Assembly: GCA_963788835.1 (NCBI GenBank)
Contig: CAWBIF010000004.1
Span: 476,581 to 540,580 of the forward strand
Source: an uncultured Microthrixaceae bacterium
GTDB lineage: Bacteria; Actinomycetota; Acidimicrobiia; Acidimicrobiales; Acidimicrobilacustridaceae
Length of the DNA stretch: 64,000 nt
Direction: 5' to 3'
Shown here: positions 26,203 through 36,783 of the stretch, piece after piece
Layout: each line of letters opens with the position of its first letter
How positions within the stretch are numbered: position 1 is the stretch's first letter
Notes under the pieces: model-generated
What the model saw: only the letters and a program-made list of their open reading frames with translations
Told to the model about the DNA's origin: nothing
The model's database searches: none
Translations under genes and position numbers: made by a program

Positions 26203-26804
26203 ATGCCGCGGATCGCACCGATTCCGTTCGAGAACCTCGAGCGCCGAGTCGCGTCGGATCATCGACGACGGGTTCGGTGAGGGCCTCTACTCGACGCAGG
26301 TGCCGTTGCAGATCTTCGCCTACCGCACCGCGCAGCTCGCCTCGGTGCACGAGCTCCGCACCAGCCGCGGCGGAGGCACGCTGATCGGCGGTCGCATCCT
26401 CGAGCTGATCCGGATCCGCAGCGCGCAGCTGGGCGAGTGCCAGCCCTGCATGCAGTCCCGCAAGCACGACTCGATCACCGACGAGGACGTGGCCTGCCTG
26501 CTGGCGCCCGGCCACGACGAGCTCGACGAGCAGGAGCGCATGGCCATCGAGTTCCTCGACCTGCTGTCCGCCGACCACTACGCCATCGACCGTGCGTTCT
26601 ACGAGCGCCTGGCCGAGGTGTTCACCGCGGCCCAGATCGTCGAGCTCGGGCTTCGCCTGCGCCAACACGATGGGCGTCCACCGCTTCCTGCACACGCTCG
26701 ACCTGTACGGCACCGAACCTCCGGTGATCGAGTACGACCCGAGCGAGGTCGACAGCAGGAAGGACCTGCGAGCGAACGAGGCCGGGGAGCCGATCCACCC
26801 GTGA
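26203..26804 (+). CDS. Carboxymuconolactone decarboxylase (AhpD-like) family protein, two frame breaks
   Basis: ATG 26203 (MPRIAPIPFENL...), ...LELIRIRSAQLGECQPCMQSRK... (CxxC-type core, ORF 26300), C-terminus ...ANTMGVHRFLHTLDLYG...EPIHP* (ORF 26592..26804). The stop overlaps the next gene's GTG (GTGA). Confidence 0.6.
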
Positions 26805-27782
26805 CCGCGGTCTTCGTCACCGGCGCGACCGGGCTGACCGGATCGAACGTCTGCGAGCAGTTGATCAAGCGGGGCGACACGGTCCGCGCGCTGGTGCGAC
26901 CGACGTCGGACACGGGGGCGCTGGCCGAGATGGGCGTCGACCTGGTCAGCGGCGACATCACCGAGCTCGACGACGTGAAACGAGCGGCCGAGGGTTGCGA
27001 GGTGGCCATCCACACCGCGGCTCTGCTCGGCGCGTCGAACCAGGACCTCACCGAGTTCCAGGCCGTCAACACCACCGGCACCACCCACGTGCTCGACGCG
27101 GCCGCGTCGGTCGGCATGCGGCGCGTCGTGGCGCTGAGCACGGGCACGTTCTTCGACACGTCGGGCGGCGGTCGGCCTCGAGGACGCGCCGGTCGCCGAG
27201 CAGACGAGCGACGATCCCTACAACCAGACCAAGCTGGCGGCCTTCAACGAAGCGCACGCCCGCGCCGCCGCCGGCCAGGACGTCGTCACCTGCCACCCGG
27301 GCGCCATCTTCGGCCCGGCTCCGGTCGTGAGCCGCGCCCTGGCCATGACCAGCTTCAACCGGGTGCTGCGCGGCGCACTGCGGGGGAAGCTCTCGGCCTA
27401 CCTGCGGTTCCCCGTCTCGTGGGTGCTGGCCACCGACGTGGCGTGGGGCTCGATCGCCGCCCTCGACCGGGGCGTGTCAGGCGAGCGCTACATGCTGCAG
27501 GGGCGGCCCGAGGACGTCATCAGCATCGCCGAGTGCTGCAACAAGCTCTGCGCCCTGGCCGGGGTCGACCACCACGTGCAGGACCTCGAGCCGTCCGATG
27601 ACCCCGAGTTGATCGCCGCCTTCGGTCCGACGCTCGTCGCCATCGCCGCCAAGCAGTCGAGCACCGGTCCCGGCGCAGGCCAGCCCCGCACCGCCGACCG
27701 CCTCGGCTACGACCCCACATCGCTCGACGACGGTCTGGCGCAGCTCCTCGCATGGCTGCGCGGCCTCGGCCAGATCGACTGA
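26801..27782 (+). CDS. NAD-dependent epimerase/dehydratase-family (extended SDR) protein, frame breaks
   Basis: VTAVFVTGATGLTGSNVCEQLIKRGDTVRALVR (GxxGxxG Rossmann), ...VAIHTAALLG...GTTHVLDAAASVGMRRVVALST. C-terminal third in ORF 27327..27782. Confidence 0.75.
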
Positions 27783-27881
27783 CGGACGCGAGGGAGGGGA
27801 CCTGGCCCCACGCCATCGACCACCTGGTGGGCGGCAATCCCCGACGCGCCGATGGTCCTGCCCGACCGCTCGGAGGCCGAG

Positions 27882-28340
27882 CTAGGGCTCGACCACGACC
27901 CGGTCGCCCACCGCGACCGGACCTGGCTCGAGCACCGACGCGTACAGGCGGCTCAGGCCCGGATTCACGTCGTGGTCGATGCGGCTGAAGGCGCGATCGG
28001 CGAACCACTGGGCGTTCTTTGCGCACGGCGTGGCGTGCGACGAGATCTCGGCCAGCACCCCACCGATCCGCACGATCGTGCCCGGGCGCAGGGTGGCCCA
28101 GTCGAGGCCGGCGACGGTGATGTTCTCGCCGGCCTGGCCGGCTGCGATCGGGTGGCCCTCGGCCTGGAGCCCGGCGATGACCTCGGTGCTCCAGAGGCAC
28201 AACGCCTGGAACGGTCGGCCGTGGTGGCGGCGGTCGCCCTGCGTGTCGCCGACCGCGCCCGACCATCCGACGGTGAACGCCTCGACCCCGAGCTTGGGCA
28301 CGCCCCCGCCCGACACCGCGAGGTGCGAGACGGTGCCCAC
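27882..28340 (-). CDS. MOSC domain protein (YiiM-like)
   Basis: Intact 152-aa ORF from GTG 28340: ...VSGGGVPK...GDTQGDRRHHGRPFQALCLWS...AGQAGENITVAGLDW..LRPG...ISSHATPCAKN.... Confidence 0.8.
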   Translation of the reverse strand: MGTVSHLAVSGGGVPKLGVEAFTVGWSGAVGDTQGDRRHHGRPFQALCLWSTEVIAGLQAEGHPIAAGQAGENITVAGLDWATLRPGTIVRIGGVLAEISSHATPCAKNAQWFADRAFSRIDHDVNPGLSRLYASVLEPGPVAVGDRVVVEP

Positions 28341-28881
28341 CTGCCTGGGCGCCCCGTGCGCCGAGCCCGACTCGGATGCGACCCACGTCGTGGAGGTGGT
28401 GGCTCGCGTCGTGGATGGCGTGGCGACCGATCCAGCCGAGGTCGACCGTGCGGCCGTCGAAGGTGACCGTGGCCAGGGGCCACTCGTCCACCGGCGTCGC
28501 CCGCAGTCGGTCGCGGAGCTGCTCGGCCTCGTCGCCCATCCGGTCGAGGACCGCGGGCAGATCCACCCGGCGAGCGGTCGTCTCGAAGCGCGACGGCGGC
28601 GCGGATCCGAGATCGACGCCGGGCGAGCTCACCGCGGAGTCGACCAGGAAGCGGGCGCCGAAGAGGGTCTCGCGGACGTGATCCGCATACTCGGCGATCG
28701 ACCACTGCTCGGGGCTCGGGCGCGTCTGCAGCACACGCTCGTCGACCCCCTCGATGGAGAGATCCCAGAGCACGCGCACGATGCCGACGGTGGTGAGCAC
28801 GTCCTGGTCGGTCCACCGGCTGCCGTCGAACCGGCATTCGTCGCAGCGTTCGACCAGCACGGGACGAGTGTCGCGCACCAC
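28341..28881 (-). CDS. DinB-superfamily-like hypothetical protein (stop not found; may be fused to or frame-shifted into the MOSC gene)
   Basis: GTG GTG at 28881/28878. VVRDTRPVLVERCDECRFDGSRWTDQDVL...EQWSIAEYADHVRETL...IGRHAIHDASHHLHDVGRI. No stop codon occurs in any frame between this domain and the MOSC start. Confidence 0.45.
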
Positions 28882-28898
28882 CGCGGACCGACCAACTG

Positions 28899-28957
28899 CG
28901 AAACTGGGCGTCGAAACGCGCGAAAGCAGCACGCAAAGATGCCCGGTTTCGAGGGAG
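28899..28957 (+). repeat. Copy A of a 59-nt structured repeat (hairpin abutting the RBS of gene 28961)
   Basis: CGAAACTGGGC(28899-28909) pairs with GCCCGGTTTCG(28941-28951). About 80 percent identical to copy B at 29406-29464. Confidence 0.8.
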
Positions 28958-28960
28958 AAC

Positions 28961-29377
28961 ATGGGGACGATCTACGACGACATCGCGACGGCGGCAGACG
29001 CCATCGCCGCCGAGCTGACCGGCCACGGATACGGCCTCGACTTCACGCTCGACAGCCTGGCCGAGATCGACCGGTTCCTGGACGAGAACAGCACGCCCGA
29101 GACGGCCGAGACCGGCAGCCTGCTGTCGGATCGGCTCGGCCAGTGGCTGTTCGCGCTCGGCGCCTATTCGGGTGAGGTGGTCCGGCGCGCCGTGGGTGGG
29201 CGGTGGCGTTGGGAGGGCGCCGACGACGACAAGGCGGCCTCGACCGACACCGAGCTGGTGCTGCCCGACGGCTCGATCATCTGGCCGCTGCAGCGCGTCT
29301 GGAAGCGGCTGATGAACGGCGACGACGACAGCGTCGCGGCGTGGGGCCGCGAGATGATCGACGCCGTCTCCGGCTGA
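28961..29377 (+). CDS. Hypothetical protein (138 aa)
   Basis: ATG 28961 preceded by GAGGGAGAAC. MGTIYDDIATAADAIAAELTGHGYGLDFTLDSLAEIDRFLDEN... Acidic and soluble, no family recognised. Intact. Confidence 0.6.
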   Translation: MGTIYDDIATAADAIAAELTGHGYGLDFTLDSLAEIDRFLDENSTPETAETGSLLSDRLGQWLFALGAYSGEVVRRAVGGRWRWEGADDDKAASTDTELVLPDGSIIWPLQRVWKRLMNGDDDSVAAWGREMIDAVSG

Positions 29378-29405
29378 TCGGCGGGCTCCCCCTCCCGAAC
29401 CCCTC

Positions 29406-29464
29406 CGAAACTGGGCGTGAAAACGCGCGAAGACGCCACGCAAAGATGCCCAGTTTGCGGAGAT
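29406..29464 (+). repeat. Copy B of the 59-nt structured repeat
   Basis: CCGAAACTGGGC(29405-29416) pairs with GCCCAGTTTgCGG(29448-29460), with one bulged G. It lies between the convergent ends of gene 28961..29377 and hspR. Confidence 0.8.
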
Positions 29465-29471
29465 CGGGGGG

Positions 29472-29867
29472 TCAGCGGTCGCTGAAGATGGCGGCGTCGC
29501 GGCCGTACAGGGCGACGGTCTGGGTGAACGGGACGAGGTCGCGGCGGTACTTGCGGTGGGTCTGCTCGACCGCCTCGCTGGCCGCCGAGCGGGTGCGCTC
29601 GAGCTCGTGGCGGAGCTGCTCGTTCTCGGCCTCGAGCTCGAGCACGCGCTTGACCCCGGCCAGGTTGAGGCCCGACTCGGTCAGGTCCTGGATGCGCTGC
29701 AGCAGCCGGATGTCGTCGTCGCTGTAGCGGCGGCTGCCGCCACCCGTTCGAGCGGGTTCGAGCAGGCCCTTGCGCTCGTAGATGCGCAGCGTCTGCGGAT
29801 GCACGCCGGCCAGCTCGGCCGCCACCGAGATCACGTACACGGCACGGGCACGACGGTCGTCGCTCAT
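29472..29867 (-). CDS. hspR: MerR-family heat-shock repressor HspR
   Basis: 131 aa from ATG 29867: ...YVISVAAELAGVHPQTLRIYERKGLLEPARTGGGSRRYSDDDIRLLQRIQDLT.... Last gene of the dnaK operon. It is the tail of the artefactual 868-aa ORF 29472..32078. Confidence 0.9.
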   Translation of the reverse strand: MSDDRRARAVYVISVAAELAGVHPQTLRIYERKGLLEPARTGGGSRRYSDDDIRLLQRIQDLTESGLNLAGVKRVLELEAENEQLRHELERTRSAASEAVEQTHRKYRRDLVPFTQTVALYGRDAAIFSDR

Positions 29868-29937
29868 GACGCAAAGCCTCCCCGGGCGGTGCGGCCCACC
29901 ACCCGAACGTAGGCGACGGAGCGCCCTGGGAGCGCGA

Positions 29938-30821
29938 TCACGGCCACAGGGGTTCGACCCCGAGCAGCTCGGCCAGCCGCTCGTTGTGCGGCCGGTAGTG
30001 GTCGCGCAGCTCGTCGAGGGCGTCGCGATCGGCGGCCTTGACCGTGGGCGTCGGGAACTTGGGAGCGCCGGCCGCGCTCGGGTGTGCTCCAGTTGCGGAA
30101 CGAGCCGTGCGTCCACGGGTCGAGGTCGGCGAACTGCTCGAGCTGGGCCACCGACGTGGCCGGGTCGGCGAACAGCTCGTCGGAGCGCAGGATGAGCACG
30201 CGATCGCGGGGATAGCGCTCGAGCCAGCGCGGGAGCTGCTCGTCGTAGCGGCCGCGGGCCCGGTACGAGTAGCGCAGCAGCGGACCCTCGTCGATGCTGC
30301 GCCCGGCGGCGACATCGTCGAGGGCCGCATCGACGCGATCGGACTCGGCTGCCAGCGCGTCGCGGAACGACGAGCTGCTCGAAGCCGAGACGGGTCATGT
30401 GCTGCCAGTGCGAGATGGCGCGCTCGACGGGCTCGCGCAGGAGCACGACGATGCGGGCGTCGGGCACGGCCTCGGCCGCCCGGGCCGGCGCCTGCGGGTG
30501 GAAGAGGTAGTCGGGGGTGGCTTCGAAGGTCAGGCTCGATCGCCGCAGCGGGAAGTGGCCGCGGTACCAGCGCTCGCCGTTGTCGAAGCGACGGGAGAAG
30601 TACTCGGTCTCCTTGCGCACGCTGGCCACCACCTGCGGGTGGCCGCCGAGGTAGCGGTAGAGCGAGCTGGTGCCACCCCGCTGCGTGCCGATGATGAGCA
30701 GGTCGGGCAGCCGGCGCCAGCGCGCGGTCGGCTCGCGGAGGCGGAGACGGGCCCGGGCGATGCGCCGCTTCTGGTCGACGGTGAGGTGGGAACGGACCAC
30801 GTCACCGGACCGGAAGGCCAT
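29938..30821 (-). CDS. Sulfotransferase-family protein, frame breaks
   Basis: ATG at 30821. ...LPDLLIIGTQRGGTSSLYRYL (5'-PSB loop), ...ARIVVLLREPVERAISHWQH (3'-PB-type RxxxxxxS), ...VLILRSDELFADPATSVAQLEQFADL (ORF 29864..30199), C-terminus ...DALDELRDHYRPHNERLAELLGVEPLWP* (ORF 29938..30330). Confidence 0.75.
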
Positions 30822-30928
30822 CGGCGGATGATACCGGCGGGCCGCCGACGGCCTCGGGGGCTCGGCGCCGGTCGGGCGCGGGCGTGCGCCCGACCGTCCG
30901 GGGACCGCGACCGGATCGGCGGACCCGG

Positions 30929-32078
30929 TCAGACGCCCAGATGGGCTCGGGGTGAGTCGGGGCTGACCTCGGCCAGCGCCTCGACGGCGCGCCGCTCGTC
31001 GGCGGTCAGCTTCTGGGGCACGGCCACCTCGACGGTGACGAGCAGGTCGCCGCGGCCCTTCTTGGTCGTCGACGCCGCGCCCCTTGACCCGGAACACCCG
31101 GCCCGAGTTGGTGCCGGCGGGCAGCTTGAGCGTGACCGGCTCGCCCTCGAGGGTCGGGACCTTGATCTTGGCGCCGAGCGCGGCCTCGGGATAGGTGACG
31201 GGCACCGTGAGGGTGAGGTTGCGGCCGTCGCGACCGAAGATCTTGTCCGTGGCCGACGTGGGCGACGACGTAGAGATCGCCCGGCGGGCCCACCGTTGCG
31301 ACCGGGCCCGCCCCGACCCTTGAGCCGGATGCGCTGGCCGTCGTTGACCCCGGCCGGGATGCGCACCTTGACCTGGCGCGGCCGGCGCTCGAGCCCGCGC
31401 CCGTGACAGGTCGGGCAGGGGTCGGTGATGATCGTGCCCCGCCCGCCGCAGCTCGGGGCACGGCGAGCTGAACGAGAAGAAGCCCTGGTTGTCGTCGAGC
31501 ACGCCGCGGCCGTTGCAGCGGGGGCACGTCGTCGGTGCGGTGCCCGGCTTGGCGCCGCTGCCGTGGCAGGTCGAGCAGGCCGCCTCGGACACGAGGTTGA
31601 CCGACGTCTCGACCCCGTTGACCGCGTCGAGGAACGACAGGTGCAGCTCGGCCTCGAGGTCGTCGCCGCGCTGGGGCCCGGGCCCGCGCGACGCGCCCCC
31701 GGGCGTCGTGTTGCGACGCCCGCCGCGACCGAACAGCCCGCCGAGCAGGTCGTTGATGTCGGTCGACGTGTAGGTGAAGGCGCCATCGGCGCCGGGCCCG
31801 CCCCCGAATCCGCCGCCCATGCCGCCCATGCCACCCATGGGACCGAGCTTGCGCACCTCGTCGTACTCCTTGCGCTTGGCCTCGTCGCCCACGACGTCGT
31901 AGGCGGCCGAGACCTCCTTGAAGCGGTCTTCGGCGCTCGGATCGTCGGGGTTGGCGTCGGGATGCAGCTCGCGGGCCAGCTTGCGGTACGCGCGCGTGAT
32001 CTCCTTCTGGGACGCGGCGTCAGAGACGCCGAGCGTCTTGTAGTAGTCCTTCTCGAACCATTCGCGCTGTGGCGCCAA
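30929..32078 (-). CDS. dnaJ: Co-chaperone DnaJ, frame breaks
   Basis: ATG at 32078. J-domain [35 protein letters not shown]-rich linker, zinc-finger [12 protein letters not shown]...CPRCNGRG, ...CPTCHGRG..., C-terminus ...[28 protein letters not shown]...* (ORF 30929..31834). Confidence 0.9.
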
Positions 32079-32134
32079 CGGCCTGCTCTCCTGTTCCTCG
32101 TTCTCCGCGTGTGGCCGTGGCCGCCGGACCGGGC

Positions 32135-32756
32135 CTAGCCCTTGACCTTGACCATGGCCGGACGCAGCACGCGTCCCTTCCAGAGGTAGCCGGTGCGCAG
32201 GCTCTCGGTGACGACGCTCTCGCCGCCCTCACCGGGCTCGTGGAGCACCGCCTCGTGCAGCAGCGGGTCGAAGGCCTCGCCCTCGACCACCATGGGCTCG
32301 AGGCCCTGCTTCGGCCAGCGTCTCGAGCAGCATCTTCGAGATCGGGCCCACATCGGTGGCCTCGTGGACGACAGCGGCATCGCATGCGTCGAGCACCGGC
32401 AGCAGCGACACCACCAGGGCCTCGGAGGCCCGCTCGCGGGTCTCGTGCTCGGCCTTGGCCGTGCGCTTGCGGAAGTTGTCGAACTCGGCCTTGACCCGCT
32501 GCAGGGCCTCGCGGTACTCGTCGCGCTCGGCCTGGGCCGCCCGCGTCGGGTCGTCGTCGACGACGATGATCTCGCCGGGATCGCCGGTGTCGCCCGACGA
32601 GAGGTCGGAATCGGGATCGTCGTCGCCGCGCATCACCTCGTCGAGCGACGGCGAGCGCGTCGTCGATGGACCTCGAACCGGGCGCGCCGGGCTCGTGCGC
32701 CCGGCCCGCCGGTCGCGACGGGACCGTCCTGTCTGATCGTCGGTCGGGTCAGCCAT
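32135..32756 (-). CDS. grpE: Nucleotide exchange factor GrpE, one frame break at ~32312
   Basis: ATG at 32756. ...YREALQRVKAEFDNFRKRTAKAEHE...LLPVLDACD... (ORF 32229..32756) joins ...KQGLEPMVVEGEAFDPLLHEAVLHEP...GYLWKGRVLRPAMVKVKG* (ORF 32135..32380). 622 nt (1 mod 3). Confidence 0.85.
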
Positions 32757-32758
32757 GC

Positions 32759-34616
<1,858 letters not shown>

Positions 34617-34676
34617 GATGTTTCTCCTGGGAGTGCGGGTGGATAGGGTGGAGGTCGAAAGCTTGCGTTGCGCTCC

Positions 34677-34705
34677 ACGATAAAAGTTGAGTCGCTGATT
34701 ATCAA
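34677..34705 (-). promoter_or_regulatory. Candidate dnaK promoter (TTGATA-17 nt-TATCGT) with a HAIR-like operator in the spacer
   Basis: Minus-strand reading: TTGATA(34705-34700) ATCAGCGACTCAACTTT TATCGT(34682-34677), about 60 nt upstream of the dnaK ATG. ACTCAAC matches 6 of 7 positions of the HAIR half-site ACTCAAG. Confidence 0.45.
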
Positions 34706-34800
34706 CTCGGGGGCCCGGATTGTGGCAGATTCCGGGGACGGGCGCTCCGATTCCGCGCCAGTCCTGCCTGCCGGGGCGCTTTCTGGCTAGGGTCCGAGCC

Positions 34801-35598
34801 GTGAGCCACTCGCTGATCCTGCTGCGCCACGGCCAGAGCACCTGGAACCTGCTGAACCTCTTCACGGGCTGGTACGACGCCGATCTCACCGACCAGGGCG
34901 AGGCCGAGGCGCCGGCCGCCGGGCCAGGCGCTGGCCGAGGCCGGGGTGCGCGCCCGACGTCCTGCACACCTCGCGTGCAGGTCCGGGCCATCCGCACCGC
35001 CGACCTGGCCCTCGACGAGATGGGCCGGCTCTGGCTGCCGGTCCGGCGGCAGCTGGCGGCTGAACGAGCGCCACTACGGCGCCCTGCAGGGCAAGGACAA
35101 GAAGCAGACCACCGACGAGTTCGGCGCCGAGCAGGTGAAGATCTGGCGCCGCAGCTACGACATCGCCCCGCCGCCGCTCGACGCCGACGACGAGCGACAC
35201 CCCCGCTTCGATCCCCGCTACGCCGACCTGGCCCCCGACCTGCTGCCGGCCACCGAGTGCCTCGCGGACGTCGTCGCCCGCATGCTGCCGTACTGGTACG
35301 ACGACATCGTCCCCGACCTGGCCGCCGGCCACACCGTGCTCGTGGTCGCCCACGGCAACAGCCTGCGGGCGCTGGTCAAGCACCTCGACGGCATCTCCGA
35401 CGACGACATCGCCGAGCTCAACCTGCCCACCGGCGTGCCCGATCCGCTACGAGCTGGGCGCCGACTTCGCGCCCGCTCGAGGCGCTGCCGATCGACGAGC
35501 GCTACCTGGGCGACGTCGAGGCGGCCCGCGCCGCGGCCGAGGCGGTGGCCCAGCAGGCGACCGGCGGTCAGGCCTCGCGGACCGTCTCGCCCGGGTAG
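34801..35598 (+). CDS. gpmA: 2,3-bisphosphoglycerate-dependent phosphoglycerate mutase GpmA, frame breaks
   Basis: GTG at 34801. [37 protein letters not shown] (RHGxS/TxWN), ...[19 protein letters not shown]...VKIWRRSYD...[24 protein letters not shown] (ORF 34946), end ...[18 protein letters not shown]... (ORF 34720..35598). Confidence 0.8.
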   Translation: MSHSLILLRHGQSTWNLLNLFTGWYDADLTDQGEAEAPAAGPGAGRGRGARPTSCTPRVQVRAIRTADLALDEMGRLWLPVRRQLAAERAPLRRPAGQGQEADHRRVRRRAGEDLAPQLRHRPAAARRRRRATPPLRSPLRRPGPRPAAGHRVPRGRRRPHAAVLVRRHRPRPGRRPHRARGRPRQQPAGAGQAPRRHLRRRHRRAQPAHRRARSATSWAPTSRPLEALPIDERYLGDVEAARAAAEAVAQQATGGQASRTVSPG

Positions 35599-36122
35599 CC
35601 CTCGGAGGGGAACGAGCCGTTGGCCGTCTGGCCGGCCAGCGCCTCGAGCAGGTAGCCGCGGGAGCGCACCGTCTTGATCGACAGGCCAGCGGGGCGATGC
35701 GGCGACGCAGCCGCAGCACGTGCACGTCGAGGGCGTTGCGGCCGGGCGCGCCCTTGGGCCAGCCCGACCGCGCCAGCTGGTCGCGGCTCACCACGGTCTC
35801 GTAGCGCTCGAGCAGCGCCGACATCAGCCGGGCCTCGACCGGCGGGCAGCGACACCCACCCGCCGGAGAAGCGCAGCAGGCCGTCGTGGTCGAGGTCGGG
35901 TCGCTCGCTGCCGCTGGGCGAGGTCGGCGCCGGGCCAGGCCGTCGACGCGGGCCCGCACGTCGGCCTCGTCGACCGGCACCCGGATCCAGTCCTCGAGGC
36001 GGTCGTCGCAGCGCGGCGCGGCCGCGCCGCCCTCGACCAGGAGCAGCCGGGTTCGGCCCTCCTCGACGCAGCCGCTGCCGGCGCGGTTCCTCGAGCGGCC
36101 AGCGCAGGAGCACCACGTCCAT
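35568..36122 (-). CDS. Winged-helix (OmpR/PhoB-type DNA-binding domain) transcriptional regulator, frame breaks
   Basis: ATG 36122 (MDVVLLRWP...), ...[42 protein letters not shown]..., ...[53 protein letters not shown] / [16 protein letters not shown].... Pieces in ORFs 35568..36377 and 35447..36286. Confidence 0.6.
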   Translation of the reverse strand: MDVVLLRWPLEEPRRQRLRRGGPNPAAPGRGRRGRAALRRPPRGLDPGAGRRGRRAGPRRRPGPAPTSPSGSERPDLDHDGLLRFSGGWVSLPAGRGPADVGAARALRDRGEPRPAGAVGLAQGRARPQRPRRARAAAASPHRPAGLSIKTVRSRGYLLEALAGQTANGSFPSEGYPGETVREA

Positions 36123-36269
36123 GCGCCCGACGGTACGGGACGAACATTTCGCGACTGTTTCCCGCCGGTGAACGGCGGCCGGCGCCGCGACGGCCGTTGA
36201 CCTGCCGGTATCCGGCCGCGACCGAGCGGTGTCCCGGCACGACCGGCGGCCGCCTCTATGCTCCGGGTC

Positions 36270-36699
36270 ATGGCGACCCAGGGCACCTACCTCGAGCAGC
36301 TGGCGACGGTTCCGCTGCTCTCGTCGTTCTCGAAGCGCGAGCTGACCGAAGGTGGCCCGGGCCGCCGACGAGGTCACGTGTCAAGGCCGGCCGCGAGGTC
36401 GTGGTCGAGGGCAAGGTGGGCCACGAGTGCTTCGTCGATCCTGAGCGGCGAGGCCAGCGGTGTCCCGCGAGGGCAACGTCATCGCCACGATCGGGGCCGG
36501 CGACCACTTCGGCGAGCTGGCGCTGCTCGACGGCGGGCCCCGCACGGCCACGGTCACGGCCACCACCGACCTCGACCTGCTCGTGCTCGGCCAGCGCCAG
36601 TTCCTCGGCCTGCTCGAGGAGCTGCCGGCGCTGAGCCGCAAGATGCTGGCCACCCTGGCCGGGCAGGTCCGGCGGCTCGACGACCACCTCTACGGCTAG
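36270..36699 (+). CDS. Cyclic-nucleotide-binding domain protein, frame breaks
   Basis: MATQGTYLEQLATVPLLSSFSKRELT..., ...GREVVVEGKVGHECFVILSGEA..., ...IATIGAGDHFGELALLDGGPRTATVTATTDLDLLVLGQRQFLGLLEELPALSRKMLATLAGQVRRL* (FGELAL...RTA signature). Confidence 0.65.
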
Positions 36700-36783
36700 C
36701 GCCGCGCCCGCGCCGGCCGGCGTGGGTCGGGCCCCGGTCCATTGCAGTCCGGGCCTCGCGCCGCGAGTACGTTCGGCGTCCGT

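Noticed and set aside
29472-32078. 868-aa minus-strand ORF
   Set aside because: It is a read-through artefact. Its frame passes through dnaJ (N-terminus only), the sulfotransferase (part) and hspR, with nonsense Arg/Pro-rich stretches in between. The gene ends are visible in other frames.
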